32,000 nt of DNA from positions 5,130,001 through 5,162,000 of the forward strand of contig LT962688.1 of the NCBI GenBank assembly GCA_900234795.1. The letters are read 5' to 3'. The notes below the pieces were generated by a model. That model did not search any database, had not been told where the DNA came from, and worked only from the letters and a program-made list of their open reading frames with translations. The position numbers and the translations under genes were made by a program. The stretch comes from Methylorubrum extorquens (GTDB taxonomy: Bacteria; Pseudomonadota; Alphaproteobacteria; Rhizobiales; Beijerinckiaceae). Below are positions 26,645 through 32,000 of the stretch, piece after piece (positions within the stretch are counted from its first letter, which is position 1; each line of letters opens with the position of its first letter).

Positions 26645-27034
26645 TCAGTGATAGACGACACGAACCACGCGGCGTGAAGCAAGGTCGATGACTACAGCAC
26701 GGTCATCAGGGGAGATGTAGTATCCATAGTATCCGACCGGGTTGAGGCCCGGGACTCCGACATTCTGGAATGAACCGAGGTCAAGCCAATCGGGGATCTG
26801 GCTTCCCCGGCCAACGCGTATACCGCTCGGCTCGCCGTAACGGGGGCCTGCATCGAACAGGGTTTGGATCGTGCCGGGCTCGTTGCCGGTCATGAGCACG
26901 CCCCGTTGGGTGAGCTGCGGGTTGACCTTGATCACCAACGGCTCGGCAGATGCGACTGAGCAGGCAAGGCAGGTTGCCGCTGCTATACCGATCCTTACGA
27001 ATGTCCGGAACTGGTGCGATGACCGTGCAAGCAT
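26645..27034 (-). CDS. secreted protein with DUF1236-like C-terminus
   Basis: GGAGGA lies 4 nt upstream of the ATG at 27034. Signal peptide MLARSSHQFRTFVRIGIAAATCLACSVASA. The C-terminal GYYGYYISPDDRAVVIDLASRRVVRVV resembles the DUF1236 end motif. Confidence 0.6.
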   Translation of the reverse strand: MLARSSHQFRTFVRIGIAAATCLACSVASAEPLVIKVNPQLTQRGVLMTGNEPGTIQTLFDAGPRYGEPSGIRVGRGSQIPDWLDLGSFQNVGVPGLNPVGYYGYYISPDDRAVVIDLASRRVVRVVYH

Positions 27035-27331
27035 AGCATCCTCCATAGCTTTGCAGTAGATGCAGGGGGCAGCTACAGGAGACACTATGACACGTGATTC
27101 GCGGTCAGACTTGATTGCATGAGACGAAATGATGCCTTGCATCCTTTGAAGAAGATCGCGCCTGCGCGCTTGCGTTCAAAAAATCCGGCCTCGACTTTGG
27201 CCTGCGATACTTTGCGCAGATCGAAATGGTTTCTCTTATGCCGCGCGGAGCCCCGCCTGTCAGCAAAGAATAACGTCAGCAGGCGCTAGAGTACTTCCCC
27301 CAACCCTGGGCCGACTGAACTTGCGACACGC

Positions 27332-27373
27332 GTCAAAAAGGCGCCTCAGGAGAGTTCCCGAAGCGCCTTTGAC
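27332..27373 (-). terminator. rho-independent terminator candidate for the minus-strand OMP remnant
   Basis: On the minus strand: GTCAAAGGCGC - 17-nt loop - GGCGCCTTTTTGAC. The T-run follows the GC stem, 60 nt after the stop at 27433. Confidence 0.45.
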
Positions 27374-27432
27374 GAAGCGGTCAGTTGATCGAATGCTGGG
27401 GACGCTGAGCCACCTCACGACTGCGTGGATGC

Positions 27433-27620
27433 TCAGTATGTCCCGAACTTGTAGTTTACCCCGGCGCGTACCACGGCAAACTCGCTCGTCCGGCGCACCG
27501 CCGGCCCGGAGACCAGGCTCACGCCGGGCGAGAACACCGACAGCGGCGTGTTGTTGGGCGTGACCGCGAAGACTCCGAAGTTGCGGTTGTCACGCGCGAG
27601 GTTCACGTACAGACCCTCGA
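27433..27620 (-). pseudogene. outer-membrane beta-barrel protein, C-terminal fragment
   Basis: GLYVNLARDNRNFGVFAVTPNN...EFAVVRAGVNYKFGTY* has alternating hydrophobic strands and an aromatic C-terminus typical of Rhizobiales OMPs. The N-terminal part is replaced by an IS fragment at 27621. Confidence 0.6.
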
Positions 27621-27939
27621 GAGGCAGTCGTCGAGCGGCAGGAGCGTGTGACGACGAAAGGCGACCACCACCGCCTCGTCCTCGGGTGACAGCACCGTCG
27701 AACGCGGATCCTTCGGCCCCGTGCGCTGATCGGCGACCGAGGTCCGCTTCTTCCACTTGGCGACCGTCTTTTGGTTGATCCCGTAGCGCTTCGAGAGTGC
27801 CCTCAGGCTCGCTTGACTATGCTGGATCGCTCGACGGATCGCATCCGTCGTTGTGGCGCTGCCGTGAAGAACCTGGCGCATAGCGCGTCCCTCCACTCCG
27901 GCGTGAAGAGTGCACCATCAAACCCTGGGATCAAACAGT
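27621..27939 (-). mobile_element. second IS481-family type, 5' fragment (N-terminal about 87 aa of the transposase plus left end)
   Basis: MRQVLHGSATTTDAIRRAIQHSQASLRALSKRYGINQKTVAKWKKR...AFRRHTLLPLDDCL parallels the 16536-17666 transposase but is clearly diverged. Similarity stops at 27621. The putative end ...GGGATCAAACAGT is near 27939. Confidence 0.7.
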
Positions 27940-28165
27940 GCTTCGCGCCACCCAAACGTACCAGGCTGCCGGACGCTGATCCGGGCCTCATACGCGGTGC
28001 TCACAGCCGGTGTTTCGTCATGGGAGCCCGGCTGCTGAGGATGCTAGGGCCACGAGACCTGACCAATACGCGTAATGGCTGCTGTTGGGTGACGAGCGGC
28101 CATTTCTGCGGCTCTGGTCGAAGGTCCGGAAGTGGCGCACAGCCGATCAAGTGGCACACGAACTC

Positions 28166-28400
28166 CTGACCCCTTGCGGACATTCGAGGCGCTGTCGTCG
28201 AAGGGCCGGATTGGGTGGAGCCTGTGTGAAAACGCGACGGCTGTAGAAGGAATTTCTCCTCGAGCATTCCGATCTGCGCTTGGCTGGGCGGACTGTGGGC
28301 ATCGAACGAGCATCGGGCATGCCCGAAGACCGGCCACGTAGAGATTTGTTCTACAAATTTGGGCGGCGCCTGCGTTTTCACACAGCCTCGGTGGGTAGCA
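28166..28400 (+). repeat. long palindromic intergenic repeat, full copy A
   Basis: Perfect 12-nt inverted cores CTGTGTGAAAAC (28222-28233) and GTTTTCACACAG (28374-28385) lie 140 nt apart. A second paired block is TGTAGAA / TTCTACA. The left extension CTGACCCCTTGCGGACATTCGA is shared with the partial copies. Confidence 0.75.
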
Positions 28401-28585
28401 GGCATTCACTCAAGATGCCGCAACAGGCTGCTCCTCTGCTGACAGCAGACCTGTGCCGATCGAAATTCATGAGGCGACTTCTCGCCCGCCTGCTTCGAGG
28501 CTGTGTCTCGTTCGATCAAGTCTTTCTGACGTAATCTGGGTTAGCTGTGCCGCTTGCGCCGATTGGTGTCGCAACAGGGGTGGCC

Positions 28586-29674
28586 ATGTCCTCTTCTGTC
28601 ATAGCAGGACTGCCCGGACCCGCAGTCCGGCCGGTGGGAACCGACAGCCCCAGCGCGAACGGGAAGCCGCTCCCTGTTGCTCTGAGCCGTCCTGGGGTTG
28701 GTCCGGCGGTTTACGCCACTCTTGTCGAGCTCGGTGCAGATCCGGAGGGCCTCATTGCCGAGTTGGGTCTCGATCCCGGGCTCTTCGACGGCGGCAAGCT
28801 AGTCCCCTATGCCGCCCTCGGCCGCCTGATCACTCTCGGGGCCGAGCGGACGAACTGCCCTCATCTTGGGCTCCTCGTCGGCCAGCGCGGCACCCTAGGA
28901 TCGCTGGGATATCTCGGTGCGCTCATGCGCCACTCGGACAGCATCGGCGACGCCTTGCGGGCGCTCGTCGCGCACTCGGGCACGCAGAACTGGGGCGCGG
29001 TGGTCGGGCTCGGCATCCATAGCGGCGTCGCCGTCCTCAGCTACGCTCCCTATGGTCCGGAAGCCGAGTGCGCGGCCATCCACTCGGAGCGAGCGCTCGC
29101 CACCATGACCAACGTCCTTCGGGCGCTGTGTGGGGCTGATTGGATGCTGCAGGAGGTTCTGCTGCCGCGCTTCAAGCCACGCGACGCCCTTCCCTATGAC
29201 CGCTTCTTCCGTGCGCCCGTCCGGTTCGATCAAGAGGCGGCTGCCTTGGTGTTCTCGGCCGACCTTGTTGAGCAGCCCATCGCTGGTGCAGACCCGACTG
29301 TCCGCCGGCTGGTAGAGGGCCGCATCCGCCGACTTGAGGCCCAACGGTCATCCAGTTTGACGGAGGAACTGCGTCGATACCTCCGGATCCAAATGACCTG
29401 GCAGCTCTGCACGGCGGAGCGCGTGGCGCGTACGCGGCGGGTCAACCGCCGCACCTTGAGCCGACATTTGCAGGCCGAGGGCACGACCTTCAGGCAGCTT
29501 GCCAACGAGGCACTGTTCCAGATGGCCAAGCAACTGTTGGCCGACACGTGCATGAGCGTGACGGAAATTTCGGCCACCCTGAACTTCTCCGAGCCGGCCG
29601 CTTTCACGCATGCCTTCCGGCGCTGGTCGGGCATGACGCCGAGTGCGTGGCGGCTGGAGAACCGAGCGGCTTAG
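28586..29674 (+). CDS. AraC-family transcriptional regulator (stop codon created by an IS insertion)
   Basis: AraC-type ligand-binding-like N-terminal region. C-terminal HTH: RVNRRTLSRHLQAEGTTFRQL...VTEISATLNFSEPAAFTHAFRRWSGMTPSAWR. The G of the TAG stop (29672-29674) is the first base of the IS. Confidence 0.85.
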   Translation: MSSSVIAGLPGPAVRPVGTDSPSANGKPLPVALSRPGVGPAVYATLVELGADPEGLIAELGLDPGLFDGGKLVPYAALGRLITLGAERTNCPHLGLLVGQRGTLGSLGYLGALMRHSDSIGDALRALVAHSGTQNWGAVVGLGIHSGVAVLSYAPYGPEAECAAIHSERALATMTNVLRALCGADWMLQEVLLPRFKPRDALPYDRFFRAPVRFDQEAAALVFSADLVEQPIAGADPTVRRLVEGRIRRLEAQRSSSLTEELRRYLRIQMTWQLCTAERVARTRRVNRRTLSRHLQAEGTTFRQLANEALFQMAKQLLADTCMSVTEISATLNFSEPAAFTHAFRRWSGMTPSAWRLENRAA

Positions 29675-30523
29675 AGCGCCTAACAAAACGGGTTATGGCG
29701 CGTTGGCGAGGATCGCCAAACCAATCCTCCCCGACGATCTCTGGCTGGAGATCGCCCCGCTTCTTCCTGCCTCGAAGCCTCGTCCACAAGGCGGTCGTCC
29801 TCCCCTGGAGAACCGAGCTGCTCTGACTGGCATCCTGTTCGTTCTGCGCACGGGCATCCCGTGGGAGTGGATGCCGGTCGAGATGAAGTGCGGCTCGGGC
29901 ATGAGCTGCTGGCGGCGGCTGCGGGACTGGCAAGAGGCCGGCGTGTGGGCTCGGCTGCATCAGGGTCTCCTGAAGCGCCTTCACGCAGCCGGCGAGATCG
30001 ACCGGAGCCGAGCGAGCCTGGACAGCGCCTCCGTCCCGGCGAAAAAAGGGGCTCTGCCACTGGCCCGAACCCGACGGACCGGGGCAAGCCGGGCACGAAG
30101 CGGCACCTCGTCACCGATGCCCGCGGCACGCCGCTTGGCCTCCTCCTGACGGGCGCCAATCGGCACGACAGCCCGCAGATGGCGCCCACCCTCGATGCCA
30201 TTCCGCCGCTGAGCACGGGTCGGCGCGGCCGGCCGCGGCACCGGCCGGACAAGCTGCACGCCGACAAAGCTTACGACGCGAGGATCCGGCGGCAGGAGTG
30301 TCGTGCACGCGGCATCGTCCCGCGCATCGCCCGCAAGGGTGCTGAGAGCAGCGAGAAACTCGGCCGTCACCGCTGGGTCGTCGAGCGGACCCACGCTTGG
30401 TTCAACCGCTTCCGCCGCCTGCCCGTGCGCTACGAACGCCGACACGACATCTACGAGGCCTTCACGACCCTCGCTGCAAGCCTCATCACCCTGAACCAGA
30501 TCAGGCGGTTCTGTTAGGCGCTC
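29674..30523 (+). mobile_element. IS5-family insertion sequence (IS427-like two-ORF organisation), complete, 850 bp, TTA target duplication
   Basis: Terminal repeats GAGCGCCTAACAAAAC (29674-) and GTTCTGTTAGGCGCTC (-30523). Flanked by TTA (29671-29673) and TTA (30524-30526). Confidence 0.85.
29703..30517 (+). CDS. IS5-family transposase, two frames joined by a putative -1 frameshift at A6G (30042-30048)
   Basis: Frame 0: ILPDDLWLEIAPLLP...GIPWEWMP...WRRLRDWQEAGVW...SVPAKK. Frame -1: GSATGPNPTDRGKPGTKRHLVTDARGTPL...LHADKAYD...HRWVVERTHAWFNRFRRL. The start is probably TTG 29703. Confidence 0.8.
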
Positions 30524-30611
30524 TTAAATGCCACGGTCCCAGAACCCTCAGCACCCACCGAAACAGCCAAGCCCCACATCATCGCGGTTTAAGCCCCTCC
30601 AGCGGTCAGCC

Positions 30612-30835
30612 GCCCCTTATCGAAGACACATCGAAAGGGCTGCTTGGGGTGGAGGCTGTGTGAAAACGTTGAGGCCATAGAAGGATCTTCCCCTCTCACC
30701 CCCTGTGCAGCGCCGGCATAGCACCCCGATGGCATCTTGGTTGCCAGCCAGAATGCTCGAATGTCGGCAACGCAGAAGATTGTTCTACAATTTCGGCGCG
30801 CGCATGAGTTTTCACACAGCCTCGGTGGAAAGCGG
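30612..30835 (+). repeat. long palindromic intergenic repeat, full copy B
   Basis: It has the same 12-nt cores at 30656-30667 and 30808-30819, again exactly 140 nt apart. Its arms align base-for-base with copy A (GGTGGAGNCTGTGTGAAAACG...TAGAAGGA / TTGTTCTACAA...GTTTTCACACAGCCTCGGTGG). Confidence 0.75.
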
Positions 30836-30874
30836 CGGCTCGACAGATGGACGCCGAGCGGCTGGATTGCGCCA

Positions 30875-31156
30875 TTAACGGACCTTCACCTTCGAGCTGC
30901 GCAAAGGCTGCTCTTGGTAGGAGAGCAGCCCCTCAACAACTGAAGCAAGGTCCTCCGAGCGTCTGCAATGTTGGTTCGATCGGCTCAAGGCCAAGAACGC
31001 AGCGATGTTCGCCTGCACGAAGGTCCTGAAGAAACTCCGTGAATAACCTCCAAATGCGTCTGATGAAGTTCGGCCGGCAAACGCCGTAGAGCCCGCGATA
31101 GAGCTCAATCCCGCCATGGCCTTGGCAGTGTCGACGCCTATCCGACCCTTCTCCAT
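30875..31156 (-). CDS. possible phasin-like protein or fragment (very tentative)
   Basis: MEKGRIGVDTAKAMAGLSSIAGSTAF...GGYSRSFFRTFVQANIAAFLALSRS...EDLASVVEGLLSYQEQ loosely follows the phasin pattern (DYSKKSFE...LLGAK...). No clear RBS. It overlaps the integrase remnant. Confidence 0.2.
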   Translation of the reverse strand: MEKGRIGVDTAKAMAGLSSIAGSTAFAGRTSSDAFGGYSRSFFRTFVQANIAAFLALSRSNQHCRRSEDLASVVEGLLSYQEQPLRSSKVKVR

Positions 31157-31296
31157 CGCGCCGAGCCCGAGCCAGGCACCAGGCGTGTGCGCAGGGCCCA
31201 GATGTGCTTCGGCTTCAGCGGCGGTTTGGGTCCGACAATACCGCCGCGGTTCCAGGGAACACGTGTGCTGGTGGGAACGGTAACGACTTCGGGCAT
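31138..31296 (-). pseudogene. tyrosine recombinase/integrase, N-terminal fragment only
   Basis: AGGAG lies 6 nt upstream. MPEVVTVPTSTRVPWNRGGIVGPKPPLKPKHIWALRTRL matches the PWNKGK-x-GxKPPLkpkxIWaIR N-terminal signature of one integrase family. The expected RDLALFNLAIDSKLR and the catalytic domain do not follow. Confidence 0.55.
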
Positions 31297-31890
31297 GACA
31301 GGCTCCTGAGTTGAGGAGCTCGTCATGAGGAACCTGTTGCTGCCGATGGGCCCAATGTCGAATGACGGATCTTTGCAGCACAAGCCGACATTGGCGTCGG
31401 CGGGCCCGGACCGCTGCTACCGATCCTGAGGAGCCATTTGGTGTCTCGTCAATGAGGGGCCGCTGACAGAGGCATAGCGGACCTGCCAGCGATCGCAGCT
31501 GAGCTTGGCTGTCCCAATGAGTGCCAGAGCTTCGAGCGGACAAGACGCTCCAGAATGCCAAGCCAACCGCTTGGAACGGGCTGAGCGGGCGTCCGGAACG
31601 TTCCGGCAGGCCTTGCCCACTCGGAACGTCAGACAGACGGTGCGCTGCCGGACCGAAGGCGCGCCGCTGTCCCATTCGGTCAAGCTGCCTTGCTCAGCTT
31701 CGGTATGCTGCCGCGCGCCACGACCCGATCTGGATCTCGAAGTGCACCCTGATCGAGCTGACGGTTAGCGAAGCCGATCCGGCTGCGAACCCAGACCGGC
31801 GACGGGGCTCAACCTCCAGATCACGTCAGAGGCGGAGCGCAATTTTTCACGAGGCGCCCTGCCTGAGCTGGCGGCCTCCAGGAGGCGGTC

Positions 31891-32000
31891 ATGGATGTCA
31901 CTAGACGGATCTTCGCCACGGGCGCAGCCGCGATGCCCTTCCTTGGTGCGAGCATGCCCTACGCGCGGGCTCAGAGCACGGCACAGATCGCGCAGAGCAA
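31891..32000 (+). CDS. exported protein, N-terminal signal peptide only (3' end outside window)
   Basis: GGAGG lies 5 nt upstream of the ATG. MDVTRRIFATGAAAMPFLGASMPYARAQS is a Tat/Sec-like signal, typical of periplasmic binding proteins. Confidence 0.45.
   Translation, partial: MDVTRRIFATGAAAMPFLGASMPYARAQSTAQIAQS

Noticed and set aside
28234-30807. The 140-nt interiors of palindromic repeat copies A and B seemed to be inverted relative to each other while the arms stayed direct. For example, TCGAGCATTC in A matches GAATGCTCGA in B, with colinear TGGCTGG and CATCGGG matches. That would have suggested an invertible segment.
   Set aside because: Position-by-position alignment shows the right halves also align directly (ATGC.CGAA...CGGC.ACG.AGA). 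Each element is itself a long imperfect palindrome, so left-half sequence matches the reverse complement of right-half sequence in either copy. Dyad symmetry explains the matches without any inversion.
30968-30985. GGTTCGATC, reminiscent of a tRNA T-loop, near the integrase fragment. More generally, I searched for tRNA, rRNA and CRISPR repeats.
   Set aside because: There is no acceptor or anticodon stem context around it. No other tRNA-like, rRNA-like or regularly spaced short direct repeats were seen anywhere in the window.
30875-31675. A 266-aa minus-strand ORF presented as a single protein.
   Set aside because: It is a composite. The upstream two-thirds is low-complexity and overlaps the better-supported integrase stub in another frame. 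Only the last about 93 aa are protein-like, and even those are tentative.

Overview
This is a high-GC window (by eye about 65-70%). Its gene content is typical of Rhizobiales, possibly Methylobacterium; that is inferred from protein motifs only, with no searches run. It reads as a decaying, IS-rich accessory region, not an operon-dense core region.

Intact-looking genes:
- a 5'-partial hybrid histidine kinase
- a divergent LysR / quinone-oxidoreductase pair
- a VOC-family protein
- a single-domain receiver next to a Crp/Fnr regulator
- a DUF4344-type metallopeptidase
- an AraC regulator
- several small secreted proteins

Mobile DNA:
- a complete IS3-family element butted against an inverted, truncated copy of itself
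- a complete IS481-family element plus two fragments
- a complete IS5-family element with a TTA target duplication, inserted in the 3' end of the AraC gene
- an IS110 transposase fragment
- a tyrosine-integrase N-terminal fragment

Gene remnants: a tartrate-utilisation pair (tartrate dehydrogenase and glycerate kinase fragments), a phage packaging remnant (HNH endonuclease plus small-terminase-like gene), and OMP, AraC, LuxR and GNAT fragments.

About eleven single-base frameshifts interrupt otherwise recognisable genes, mostly at short homopolymers. I cannot tell real decay from assembly error.

I found no rRNA, tRNA or CRISPR array, and no recognisable defence or toxin system. The least-explained signals are:
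- two paralogous families of small secreted proteins, one Gly/Tyr-rich and broken at poly-G tracts, the other with a GLVI-T-T-GM core and an Arg/His-rich tail
- a same-strand envelope gene cluster
- a family of long palindromic repeats whose two full copies bracket the AraC gene, each with a 140-nt spacing between perfect 12-nt inverted cores
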